DNA from: Octopus vulgaris
Lineage: Eukaryota
Direction: 5' to 3'
DNA: 64,000 nucleotides
Assembly: GCA_951406725.2 (NCBI GenBank)
Contig: OX597820.1
Location: forward strand, 72,230,001 to 72,294,000
The notes under the pieces are model-generated. The model did no database searches. It was given only the letters and a program-made list of their open reading frames with translations, and was not told where the DNA came from. The position numbers and the translations under genes were made by a program. Positions 51,369 to 64,000 of this stretch are shown here, one piece after another (positions within the stretch are counted from its first letter, which is position 1; every line of letters starts with the position of its first letter).

Positions 51369-51924
51369 ATACATACATACATGACCCTTTTATGTAGCAA
51401 CATCAGCAAATGATCTCTGAGTCATGCTAAGATGACTATGTTTTGCTGATGAGAACCAATAAGACTGAAACATATCTGTTAATTTCACCAGTAGGTTTAC
51501 ACAGAAGATACATTCTTGATTACATTGTGTCTATTTTCCAAAACTTGGGATTAGCTAATTATTGAATTTATCTCTCTTGTTATTATTTTCTCCTAATTTT
51601 TTTAATAACATTTCTTTTACTAGTTTTGACCTTTATACTGTGGTCATGCTGTAGCTCCAGCTTGAAGGGTTCAGTTGCCCAAATCAACTAAAGCCTGGTA
51701 CTTATTTCTATCAGCCACTAAATTATTGGAATCTAACCCATATCACTTGTCAACTGACGGCTGTGATGGAACAGACAGAGACTAAGGCAAACACATACAC
51801 ACTACACACATGCATGCATGCACACACACACACACACACACACATACACACACGCACACACACACACACATATGTCTTCTGTCTGTCTGCTGTTTATATA
51901 TATGTATGTGTGTATATTCAAGAG

Positions 51925-52256
51925 TAAAGGGTAATCACCCACTTCTGTCATGAATAACCATGGGATTGCACCTAGAAAGTTACACTCCAAGGCACAAGTC
52001 TGGGCAAGGTTGTTTATGGAAGACCAGCAGTCACCCATGCATATCAGCCTCCCCTTACTGTACCACTGATGTAATCCAAAAGAAAGGCAAAGACCAATAC
52101 AACTTGGCACCAGTGACGTTGTACTCATTTCTACAGCTGAATGAACAGGAGCAACGTGAAATAAAGTGTCTTGCTCAAGAACGCAAAGCACAGCCCGGTC
52201 TGGGAGTTGAACTCGCTACCTCTTGATTGTGAACCCAGCACTCTAACCACAGAGCC
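51925..52256 (-). mobile_element. tRNA-derived SINE, fourth family
   Basis: Minus strand ggctctgtggttagagtgctgggttcac...gagttcaactccc...ttgagcaagacacttt. Confidence 0.72.
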
Positions 52257-52685
52257 ATATATATATATAGGGAGAATTCGCAAAAAACAAAAGACAAAGA
52301 CAGGTGGTATAGACACCAAACAGAACTATTAGTATAATGCTCAGGAAGCAAAGAAGTCTTTAATGTTTCAAGCCTACGCTCTTCCACAGAAAGAAACAAG
52401 GAGAGAAAATAAAGAATGTGTAGTGACTAGCAATCTATCATGGTGATATATATAGGGCAATAACAAAATGGAGGGGATCAATAGGTGGTATTCATCAACT
52501 TTTAGACATTATATTATGTCAACTTATTTATTTATTTACTAAAATGACAATTTCAACAATATACATACATGTATAACATATTATGCTTTACATGTATAAT
52601 ATATAAAGATACAGTAATTATTAAAATATATAACATACAGGAATAGAAATTGGGAAAGTATCTTACAGGTGTTTCAGTCAAGAAG

Positions 52686-52793
<108 letters not shown>

Positions 52794-53037
52794 ATATATA
52801 TATATGTATATATATATATATGTATGTATATATGTGTATATATATATATAATACAAATGGATAAACAGATTTGGTTTGTTCATCAACTTACGGATAGTAT
52901 AATGTTGGATTATTTATTCATTTTACAAATGAGAACATCAAAAGCATACAAAAATAATATATAAATCAATAGATAAGATAATAATACAAATACAGATTTT
53001 AAAAGTCATATTATAAATTAATGAAATCCTAAAAATT

Positions 53038-53180
53038 ACTTCTTACAGCTGTTTCAGCCTATGGTCATAAGTGAATCTAATTTTCGTTGCCTATAGATGT
53101 CAACATACTAAGGTTGTAGGCATTTAAAAAATATAATACTTATATGTTAAAAAAAACCATAGGCCTCGTCAGAGGTTATA
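53038..53180 (-). ncRNA. Hammerhead-ribozyme-like motif (type I topology, extended stem II)
   Basis: CTGACGA (53172-53166), stem II GGCCTATGG/CCATAGGCT, GAAA, palindromic CAGCTG, GTA cleavage triplet; stem I weak. Confidence 0.55.
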
Positions 53181-53274
53181 ATTAACTTTAACAATATTAA
53201 TAATAATATTAATATACTAAACATGATGCACGTATTACATAATATATAAAAATAAACAATAAACAAATATCCAA

Positions 53275-53354
<80 letters not shown>

Positions 53355-54820
53355 GTATATGCGCAAAATATATTAATGAGCACCGTTAAACAATACATTA
53401 CATTGGATATACCATATGTCATTTATATACATAAATACATTAGAACATATACACACTACTATGCTTATCAGTAACAACAATATTATTGTATTAACAATAA
53501 TCTTCAACAGATCTTACATACTATAATAATGTCTACTAACATATCAAAAAATCACGATACAAGATTCAATATATATATATATATTCATACATATACATAT
53601 ATGCGCATACAAAATTACAAGCGTATCTCGTTTGTAGAAAACATAAATCCAGAGAAGAAGCACACTCTAAGATGTAGAGTAGTATAATGTTCCACTGGGA
53701 AAGGCTGATTTATGAGATTATCCTGGGTTTTCCGTCCATAAAGGGTTTAACTTTATGGTGTCTCATCAGATGGAAATCCAGGGTAATCCCATAAACTGGC
53801 CTCTCCCAGTGAAATATATTTATATATATCATCATCATCATCATCATCATCATCATTTAGCGTCCGCTTTCCATGCTAGCATGGGTTGGACGGGTCAACT
53901 GGGGTCTGTGAAGCTGGAAGGCTTCGTCAGGCCCAGTCAGATCTGGCAGTGTTTCTACGGCTGGATGCCCTTCCTAACGCCAACCACTCCGCGAGTGTAG
54001 TGGGTGTTTTTTACGTGCCACTATACTAGCACTATGACCCGGCAATGCTGGGTCATAGTGCTAGTGCATGCATATTCAGCTGCGTGCGTGCGCACATACA
54101 TGCAAGTACTATCCAAATCTCCGACCAATCACATACAGCTAGCTGGCATTCAATTGGCGTATCAAGTTTCGGCCATTTTGATTAGGTTTTGGATAGAAAA
54201 TTCACAAAAAAGTCACTTCTATTGATTTTTTAATGGCTTTGCAGGGTGACTGGGGAAATGTAAAGATGTGCACGACCACCCTTGGACGGTTTTGAATAAC
54301 CATAGAAAGTGTGAGCCTTCTAAGTGAAACATTCTGGATTTGTATAAAGGATACACACACACACAGACAGACATTTTGCCGTTTATTTATATAGAGATAT
54401 ATACTCACACACATATAGATACACACACACACATATAGATACACACACACACACACACACACACACAAATTCATGATGGGCTTCTTTCCATCAAGGAAAT
54501 CTACTTGCAAGGCTGTGGTCAACCTGAGGTTATAGTAGAAGATATATATCCAAGGTGGTGCACAGTGGGACTGAACTCAAGACCATATAGATTGGAAGCA
54601 AGAATCTTAACCACACAGCTACACCTGCTTATAAGAAATTGCTATTTTCCAATTGCAAAAGTTTATCATCTCATAATATGACATAAGTGAGATTCTACTA
54701 CTGTGTGTGTATCTACCATACAAAATTTTTTTCTGAAGTATTTTCCATCTCCTCTACAGTTGATATTTATAATTAGAGTCACTACTTTTTAACTATACTG
54801 TATATATATATATATATATA

Positions 54821-54962
54821 TAAGGTTGTCCCAAAAGTTCGTAGAAAGTCTTGGAAAATAATGGTCTTTATTTTGAGGAATAATTTTTGTTGTTTTTGTT
54901 AGTACTTGGCGAGTAAAAATTCAATTTTCGCAAGTGTTTACGAACTTTTGGGACAACCTAAT
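54821..54962. mobile_element. Mariner-type MITE
   Basis: TIR aggttgtcccaaaagttcgta / tacgaacttttgggacaacct within TA repeats. Confidence 0.88.
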
Positions 54963-55797
54963 ATATATTCACATAGTAGCCCCAGCCCATCCAAACTACC
55001 TTGGATTGCAGGACAGCCTGCTGTGCTTACCCTGGATTGTTGGGTGATCTGCTGTGCTTGAGGAGACTTATTTAGTCAAGTACATCAAAATAAAAATCAA
55101 ATGGAAATTGTAGATGTGATACCTGTGCCGGTGGCACGTAAAAAGCACCGTCCGAATGTGGCTGATGTCAGCGCTGCCTTGACTGGCTTCTGTGCCGGTG
55201 GCACATAAAAGCATCAACCAATCGTAGCTGTTGCCAGCCACCCCTGGCCCCTGTGCTGGTGGCACGTAAAAAGCACCCACTACACTCACGGAGTGGTTGG
55301 TGTTAGGAAGGGCATCCAGCTGTAGAAACACTGCTTGATCAGACTGGAGCCTGGTGCAGCCTCCTGTCGAACCGTCCAACCCATGCTAGCATGGCTAGCT
55401 TCAGGCTAACAAAAGCCTTGTGAGTAGATTTGGTAGACGGAAACTGTGTGTGTGTGTGTGTGTGTGTTTGTGTGTCTGTGTTTGTCCCAGCAACATCACT
55501 TGACAACCAATGCTGGTGTGTTTACATCCCATAACTTAGTGCTTTGGCAAAAGAGACCAATAGAATAAGTACTAGTCTTACAAAGAAAAAGTTCTGGGGT
55601 CGATTTGCTCAACTAAAGGCTATGCTCAAGCATATCCACAGTCAAATGACTGAAACAAATAAAAGAATAAAAGAACAAGAAGAGTAAAAGAATACACATA
55701 TATATAAATATACATATATATATATATACATATATATATGTGTGTATATATATATATATATATGTATCTATATTTATATATATATATACATATATAT

Positions 55798-55848
<51 letters not shown>

Positions 55849-58800
55849 TATATACACACATACATACATTTGAAAAAATTAGTAGAGATGGCTTTTTGTG
55901 GGGGATAATTTTTATTTTAATCTTAATAATAATGTTTACAGAGAGTTATCCTGATATGAGTTTTGAGCTTCAAGTAGCTGTATTCAAACTGAAAAAATGT
56001 AGGTTTTACTGGTTGCTTAAATAGTAAAAGATTTTTTTTCTTACAAGTATACATGCAAAAAAAAAAAAAAAATTATATGCAAAAAAAGTGAGGGGAATAT
56101 TTAAAAAATATATATATGTAAAATACAAAAGCATGTGTGAAATACAAGTGGAAACAGCACTGAAATATCTTTACAGATTCATTTTATTATTTTTTTTCCT
56201 TTAATTGAACAGGATAAGTATTTCATATTCATTACATTAAATGACTTTTATAAAACATTACCAGCTTCAATGTGTATGTCCATCTTAGCAAATATCAAAA
56301 ACTAAAAGTCAAAAATTAGGAAATAAGAATTAAAAATTAGTAAAGATTAAAAAAAAAATTATCCTCTCACAAAAGCCATCTCTACTCGTTTTTTCAAATA
56401 TATATAATACTGTACCAAGAACTTTCTTTTTATTATTCTACTATTTTACAGATTGGTACAAGACAGGATGGCTTACACAAGATTGAAATCAGCAACTGAA
56501 TTACTGAAATCTGAAACATTATTAGAGGAAATTTCCACAAAACTTTCAATCATAAGCAAATATGAATCCCTTGCTGATACTTTCTATGAAATGGAACAAG
56601 AAACATGGATCTTCAGAGAAACACTGCATTCCCTTCTTACAGACATCATCAAAATGAAAACCAAAGCAGAACTCCAGAAACGAGTATCCACAACCTAAAT
56701 TCAACCACACAAAACATATTAAAGGAATGGAATGAACTCAACTTGGAAAAGGAGACATAAAAAAAGAAAAACCAGATGAAAAACATCTGGAACAGCAAAT
56801 TAAATAAAAGAAAACAAGCATATTGGAGAGCCCTAAAAAATGAGAACCTAGCCAACACATATGAACAGTGGAGAAGCAGAGAAGTAATGCAATGAAGAGC
56901 AAAGAAATAAAGCCAGAACCAAATGAAGAAACAAAGATTTGGCTCAGTTTAGCACTACAGAGATTTGAAGCTGAAATAACACTATTTTGCCTTAGAGTAA
57001 CAAACATCCAAAAGATATTTGAAAAATGTGACACTTATATACATGAAGAAATTAACTAAAAAAGCAGTGGAAGTATCCAAAAAAAACAAAACTTCTAGAC
57101 ATGGGGAAAACTGACACCATCAGAGAGGAGACTAAGTCTAAGAAGATCTTGGAATCAATGAAAACTCTTCTGGCTACAAGAATACAAAAACACCTATGGG
57201 AAAAACCAAATAAAAACTAAACACCGACCTACTACAACAACCCTCAGACCTCAAAATGACACCAAAAGAAAGGAAGTTTTCCCACAAAATAGACAAAGAT
57301 ATCTCAGTCCTCTAAGAATCGCAAATTTGTGATTATGTGTGGATATAATAAGAAACAAGAGAACATACAATCCCAGCCAAAGAACAAATAGAACTCTCAA
57401 GTGACCAAATCATAGACGCAAACGAACCATATGGAACAACAATAGAATATTGAGTCAACCCCCAATCCAGCAACCAAGAGTGTACTCACCCATGACTAAC
57501 CAACCTAAAATATTTTCATACAGAAAAATACAAAATTCCCACATAAACACTCCCAATTCCAATGGAAATCATTTTTTAAGACAGGAAACCTACCGCTAAA
57601 AAAAGAAAAAAATAGCACCATTCTTCTCAAGACATCAGAAAACAAACTCATAAGCAAACTGAAAACACAAAATTTAGCCACAAAGAAATTATCCAAAGAA
57701 GAAATTAAACTTCTGGAAAATGGTTTGAAATTTACACCAACCAGGCTGAATTCATAAAAGACACAGAAGAATTTTGCCAAAAATTACAATTGATAGAATT
57801 TTTTCTAAATACTAGAGACACAGACAAATCACTGGTTAAAAATAGAACAGGATTCAGACATCCCTTAAATAGAGACAAAAATTTAGAAGAATATATTAGC
57901 TACCTACAGCGATCAGCTCAATCCAGAGGAAGGGTAAATCCAACATATCTAAATATCAATTGGAAGCATTAAAAAGTTTACAAAAAGACTCTTCGATAAT
58001 TTTCAAAGTTGACAAAGGTGGAGCAATAGTTATCATGGACAAGAACCATTACAGAGATATAGTGATGGAACAACTCAATGACCATCACTTCTACAAGAAG
58101 CTAAACCAAAACGTGGATAAAAATTCCATGTGTAAGATACATAGACTCATCTCAAAATATCATAATAACCTAACTGCAAATGAAGTTAATTATTTAACTA
58201 ACTTCGAAGTAAAAACCAATAACTTCTATGGTTTACCAAAGATCCACAAATAAAAAGAAATCTAAGACAATATAAAAAGAGACAATCCAACATATATCGA
58301 AATTCTGAAACCCAGAGATCTGAAATTAAACCCAATCATTGTAGGACCAGCATCCAGTACACAACATTTATGCAACTTAATAGATATAATTCTAAAACTG
58401 TTATGCAAAATGAAACCAAGCTTTGTCAGGGATATGGACTTTTTAAACCTCATGTTTTCATGGTTGATTTGTCTCCATAATTCTTTTCATAGGGTGTAAA
58501 CCATTCTTGATGCTTCTCCCACATTTTTCTGGATCTTGCTTCTTCTGTCTGTATCTCTCTTCCATAGGTTTCTCAATTTCTCGTGGCATTGTTTATCACT
58601 TCGCTCTGTAGAGTATCTACAGACATTTATTACAAAAAACAGACACACATCACTATCTCAACTTTGACTCTTGCCACCCATCACACATTAAAAGAAATAT
58701 ACCCTACTGCATGGCAAGACACATAAGCACTATAGTTACAGACACTGCAACACGAAAAACTAGACTTGACGAACTCTAGGACTTCCTCGAAATACAAAAA

Positions 58801-58959
58801 TACCCTTCAGGTTTGATAAAGGAAGGTTTTAAAAGGTATTGAAACTCAACATCACCGAATTAAGAACACCAAAAGAAAAAAACCAATAAACAGACAATAC
58901 CATTCGTCTCCACACACAGTCCTGGCATAACAAATATTTTCCAGGGTATAAAATCAGAC

Positions 58960-59507
58960 TTGCCCATCCTTTTACAAAGACCTAAAATGAGGAACCTGAT
59001 GAACAAAAAAATCCTACTCAACAGCAAATGCCAACCGAAAAACCTTAAAAAGCACCTTACAAGGGCAGAATTCAGATTGGAGAAGGGACCAGAATTCTCT
59101 GTAACAGAATGTGGAGACAAAAGATGCGGAACATGCAACAACGAGAATAATTACAAATACCTACAATGTGGTTCCCACTTAAAATTTTTAAATGGCTCTC
59201 TCTTTAAGATCAATGCTAATATGACTTGCAAAACACAAAACCTCATATATTGCATTACTTGCCCAAACTGCAAGGAAAACTATATTGGCGAAACGAACAA
59301 CTCTCTCTGCCAACGTGCCAGGATACATAGGCAGCATATAAAACAGGAAGAGTTACGCAAGATACCATTAAGCAAACACCTAGAAGTATGCGGGAATGGA
59401 AAATTTAAAATCATTCCATTCTACAAATGCTCATGGAATGACCTGGAATACCGTTAAGCTATGGAACTGCACTTCATAGAAAAATTTAGCCCAAAATTGA
59501 ACAGCTA
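58960..59507 (+). pseudogene. GIY-YIG endonuclease domain of the Penelope-like element, with premature stop at 59455-57
   Basis: LIY...YIGET motif, upstream Cys cluster, and ELHFIEKFSPKLNS continuing after the stop. Confidence 0.9.
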
Positions 59508-60264
59508 AAAAAAGTAAAAGTTGTAAAAAAATCAATGATGATGTGATACACACAAAAAAGGAAAAAAAACCTCTTTCTATATCTTTATATACAAATGAAA
59601 GAATTCTCCTTTTTCTTTTTTTATATATACAATTATGCCTCTTAAACTTCTGACTATGTATGTATGTGATTATAAATGCTTATATGCATATGGACGTGTA
59701 TATATATGTACAGACAAGTTTGATATTTTTTATATATATTTTATATATATGTGTTGATATATGTGGTCGTATATATATGTATGCAAGTATATGTATGTGT
59801 ATGCATATATGTGTGGTTCTATATGTGGATATGCATGTGTATGTGTGTATATGTGTGTGCATACATATATATGTTCATATATGTGTGTGTGTGTATGAGT
59901 GTACATGTATGTATATGCATGTATATTTGTATATGTATGTGTGGGGTGTGTGTGCGTTTATTTATATATATGTGTGTGTGTATGTGTGTATGTGCACATA
60001 TTGATATGTGTTTAGGTGTATATATATGTATATCAAACATTGAATGGTCAACCACCTGTTCTTTTAGAAACCCAAGTGAGTGCCATGCCAAGTGAAGAAT
60101 GGACACAACATTTTCTTTATATTTTTATTTTTATATTTTATTTTTTCCCTTTCTTTCTTTCTCATTTTCAAGATCACACAGCCATATATGTATGAATGTT
60201 TATGAAAATGTACACACACAATAGGTTCCTCCATATGTGTATATATATATGTGAGTGTATGTGG

Positions 60265-60309
<45 letters not shown>

Positions 60310-60652
60310 TATATGTAGGGATATATACATAGCAACACTCCTACAATTGAAAAACAGACCCTCTCAAACCCTATTTTTCCTTCTCTCTTTCCATTTCTTA
60401 CAAGGGTCATCCAAAAAATACAAAAAGACCCCAAAAAAGAAAAAAGAGAAAAATACACAGTTTTAAAACACACACACCCATATTCTCTCTCCTTCACCTT
60501 CTCCATCTCTCTATCTCCCTATCACTCCCTCTCTCTCTTTCTTTCACCTTCTCCCTCCCTCTATTCTCCATTATATACACACACACACACTCTCTCTCTC
60601 TCCCCAATTCATTTACCAATAATATAAATACAGGCAAAACTTTTAAAACTGA

Positions 60653-60695
60653 CATTTCCGATGAAACTACAGAAGTAGTTGAAAGCGCTAATATG
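60653..60695 (+). ncRNA. Minimal hammerhead-ribozyme-like motif in the Penelope 3' region
   Basis: cattt-CCGATGA-AACTAC(agaa)GTAGTT-GAAA-GCGC-TA-atatg; one core change (U4 to C), one stem I mismatch. Confidence 0.6.
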
Positions 60696-60806
60696 AAGTA
60701 ATAATATATGATATGTAAATAAATATATATTTTTACAACCATCCAGCATTCTGAACATCTTTTTTCTTCCATATGTATTAAATCTGTACTTCACTCCCAA
60801 TACTTC

Positions 60807-60837
<31 letters not shown>

Positions 60838-60864
60838 TTTATATATATATATATATATATATAT

Positions 60865-61227
60865 ATGTAAAAGCACCATCTGCTCATGTCCGTTGCCAGC
60901 CACGCCTGGCCCCCGTGCCGGTGGCACGTAAAAGCACCATCCATTCGTGTCCGTTGCCAGCCTAGCCTGGCCCCCGTGCCGGTGGCATGTAAAAGCATCA
61001 TCCGTTCGTGGCTGTTTGCCAGCTCTGTCTGGCACCTGTGCGGGTGGCACGTAAAAAGCACCCACTACACTCACAGAGTGGTTGGCATTAGGAAGGGCAT
61101 CCAGCCGTAGAAACACTGCCAGATCTGACTGGGCCTGATGAAGCCTTCCGGCTTCACAGACCCCAGTTGAACCGTCCAACCCATGCTAGCATTGAAAATG
61201 GACGTTAAACGATGATGATGATGATGA

Positions 61228-61230
<3 letters not shown>
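60865..61230 (+). mobile_element. RTE-LINE 3' UTR fragment nested in the Penelope-like element
   Basis: Hairpin-repeat units and (GAT)n tail. Confidence 0.85.
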
Positions 61231-61271
<41 letters not shown>

Positions 61272-62213
61272 GTATATATGTATGCATGAGTGTATATGTG
61301 TATATATATGCATATATGTGTGCATACATGCAAAAGTCTAAAGGTTAAGAGGCATGTAAGTTAGTATGTGTATATGTGTGTATATGTATGCATAAATATA
61401 TATATGTGTGCGTGTGTGTGTATAAATTTTTTTTATCCTCTATTTCTTTCTACGAAATGTGAAGAACTGTGGAACTGTTATTTTAACAAATTGTATTTGT
61501 TTATCACCCAATAAGATACATCTGCACCGTTGAATGCTCCTGAACCAATTGTTAAGCGTCCCACCCTTGAGGAATCGATGCTAGATGTGTTGAAACGATT
61601 GTCATGATTAATAATAAATTCTCATATATTCCATCTTCCGTCTTTCATTTACCATATATATATATATATATATATAAATGTGTGAGTGTGTGTATGTGTA
61701 CACCAAACCACCTGTGAGAACTGAATATATGACTCCAAATAAATTGGCACTGCACAGGTCATCTTATGACAATAACACAACAATAACCACTCCAAAATAT
61801 TCCATTTCTTTATTCTTGGTGGACTTATCTCTCCTCTTGACTGTTCCCAATCACTATTATTCTTATTTTATTTTCATTTCTTCTTCTTCTTCACACATAC
61901 TTTTGTATTTTATACATACATACACACATACATATATATATATATATATTTTTTTTTTTTCCTGTTTTTATATATATTTTGTTTGTATGTATACTTGTAA
62001 GAAAAAAATCTTTGGTTATTTAAGCAACCAGTTAAACACATCTTTCAGTTTGAAAATGTCTACTTGAGGCTTGAAATTCATATCAGAGTAACTCACTGTA
62101 AAAATTATTATAAAGATTAAAATAATAAATTATCCCCCACCCACTCAAAAGCTATCTCTACTCATTCTTTTAAAGATATATAATACTATACCAAGAACTT
62201 TCTTTTTATTATT

Positions 62214-62274
<61 letters not shown>

Positions 62275-62344
62275 ACACACACATAATCTTAATATATATA
62301 CATATATAATCTCCCTCTCTTTCTCCCTCCCTCCCCCTCTCTCT

Positions 62345-63250
62345 CTCTATATAAAACTGAGAATGTGTCTGTTTGTCTGTGTGTTTCCCTAAAACTTGAG
62401 AACTACACAACCAATTACATTCAAATTTTACACATGCCTTACTTAGGGTCTGGGGAGTGTTACTGGCAAAAACAATTTTTAACTTTTTGCCTAGGGCGAG
62501 CCCACAGCAATATCATATCTTCTCCACTATGATTCCCTAAAACTTGAGAACTACACAACAAATTTCATTCAAATTTTACACATGCCTTACTTAGGGTCCA
62601 TGTAGTTTCAGGGGCAAAACAAATATTCAACTTCTTGCCGAGGACGAGCCCATAGCAATATCATATCTTCTCCACTATTTCAGTATTACGTGTTAAAAGT
62701 GAAACAAAATATTTCTCTATTTTATGTCAGATACTTTCACTTTAACAATAAAAATTAGAGATAATAATAACAATTGAATTATATGTAGTAAGTAGTAATT
62801 AAAAATCAAACTAAATTAAATCGTAACATAACAATTAAAAGTAAAAATAGCAATTGCTATAAAATTGCATCAATGACTCGAACTTGAATAAGTGGTTTCA
62901 CATGAATGGGAATAAATTAAAAATAATATTAGTGTGCAGAAATGGAATAGTCCAGATGGAGCTGTGCACATACCCTTTACCATGGCGTTTACATTAGATT
63001 ATCTGCTAATTAGCTAGCATTAAGTATCTATATGAAGTTTGGCTGTATGTAATGTCTGTTTTCTCTAACAGCCGCTTCTACTGAGTACTACTGTTGGTTT
63101 ATTTATTATACATAAAGGACTATAGCTTCAACTGCGTACTGCTTTTTGATTCACCGTAAGGTTTGTTGTTATTATTATTACTGTTTAACTATTGTTATCA
63201 CGTTTGTTGCTTCCTCGTAAGGGAAACGTTGTTGTGTTGCATTTGTTAAA
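62345..63250 (+). mobile_element. Helitron-like non-autonomous element with ~148-bp internal tandem duplication (~62385-62532 / 62533-62680)
   Basis: 5' TCTATATAAAA followed by (GTCT/GTGT) tract; duplication directly visible; 3' end not identified. Confidence 0.5.
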
Positions 63251-63378
63251 TAATTGTAAACCGTAACCCTCCCCCTTTGGGAGAAGAAGCTTTGGTTATT
63301 GTTTAAAAATTGAATTGTGTCCCTGTTTGGGGAAATTGACAATATTTTCACCGTTTATACGGAAGCATTTTTATTAAA

Positions 63379-63960
63379 ATGCCTTCGATAGAAGAAAGTC
63401 CAAAAATGAATTTCACTGCAGCCGTCGGCGGACGCGAACTCATTAAAATTAAAATGGAAGAAATACAAACCTATTTCGGATTGATCACCGACAAAGATGG
63501 TGAATCTAGGATAACACCACTAAACGAAATAAAAAATAAAATTAAAGAAAAGACAATTGTCTATAAAGTATACAATGTAGAGAAGAAAAAAGATTTGAAC
63601 ACCTGGAAGAAAGCACCATCGAAAAGTGTCTTGGTACGACTATGAAAGATATGTAACCAGAGGTGGTAAATTCGCCACAATAGAAGCAAGGTTCGAGTCA
63701 ACGGAGCATGCAAGGGAGTACTCGACTCGAACCTTGCAAAGTGGAAATATTTTATTTTTACCTTTATATCTGGGATGTCGGACGTCCAGGATAAAAATTT
63801 AAAATGTCCCCCCAGAAGTAGAGGTAGGCTGGATTGTAGCCACACTTCTATACAAGAGGGAGGACAAGATACAATTGATTGAAATTGCAAGAGACGGGCC
63901 TACAATTCCGTCTCCTGCATTTTCAATATATAACAGACTGTTTTATATTTTGGGTATTGT
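63379..63960 (+). pseudogene. Disrupted ORF, probably LINE ORF1/gag-like
   Basis: 88-aa ORF, then shifted frame ..KFATIEARF..LFLPLYLG.RTSRIKI*NVPPEV..W resembling an ORF1 RRM-like region; family assignment from memory only. Confidence 0.45.
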
Positions 63961-64000
63961 TATCACTAGCGATATCAAGATATAACTTTGTATTTTGTAT

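Larger units (their letters stand above)
55865..62220 (+). mobile_element. Decayed Penelope-like element (RT + GIY-YIG) with inverted and direct pseudo-LTR copies
   Basis: ORF remnants 56453-59507: KVDKGGAIVIMD, FYGLPKIHK, IYYKKTDTHHYLNFDSCHP, CGDKRCGTC..NLIYCITCPNCKENYIGET..R..H; 55865-56070 is the reverse complement of ~61985-62170 and 56340-56445 is a direct copy of ~62112-62220. Confidence 0.9.

Noticed and set aside
61130-61165. CTGATGA followed by a hairpin in the RTE tail as a hammerhead
   Set aside because: No GAAA, stem III or cleavage triplet after the hairpin

Overview
AT-rich, repeat-dense animal genomic DNA. The repeat landscape (tRNA-headed SINEs, RTE and CR1 LINEs, very long TA/CA microsatellites) suggests an octopus or other coleoid cephalopod; this is inference. 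One host gene can be rebuilt fully by hand: a 9-exon minus-strand KHDRBS (Sam68/SLM-type STAR) RNA-binding protein gene, CDS 47935->38357, 1104 nt, 367 aa. All introns are GT-AG with consistent phases, and the protein has QUA1, KH, QUA2, RG/P-rich, Y-rich and PY-NLS regions. The rest is mostly decayed mobile DNA: a Tc1-superfamily element with DD36E spacing, piggyBac/hAT/mariner MITEs, PHD-containing RTE LINEs in head-to-head pairs, CR1 fragments, a Penelope-like element with pLTRs and hammerhead-like motifs, and a Helitron-like piece. The best leads are unannotated splice signals in the KHDRBS locus (a downstream acceptor predicting an NLS-less or NMD isoform, and an intron-1 poison or alternative first exon) and a cluster of hammerhead-ribozyme-like motifs. 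Most entries in the ORF track are microsatellite or repeat artefacts. All coordinates were read by eye; repeat boundaries are approximate.
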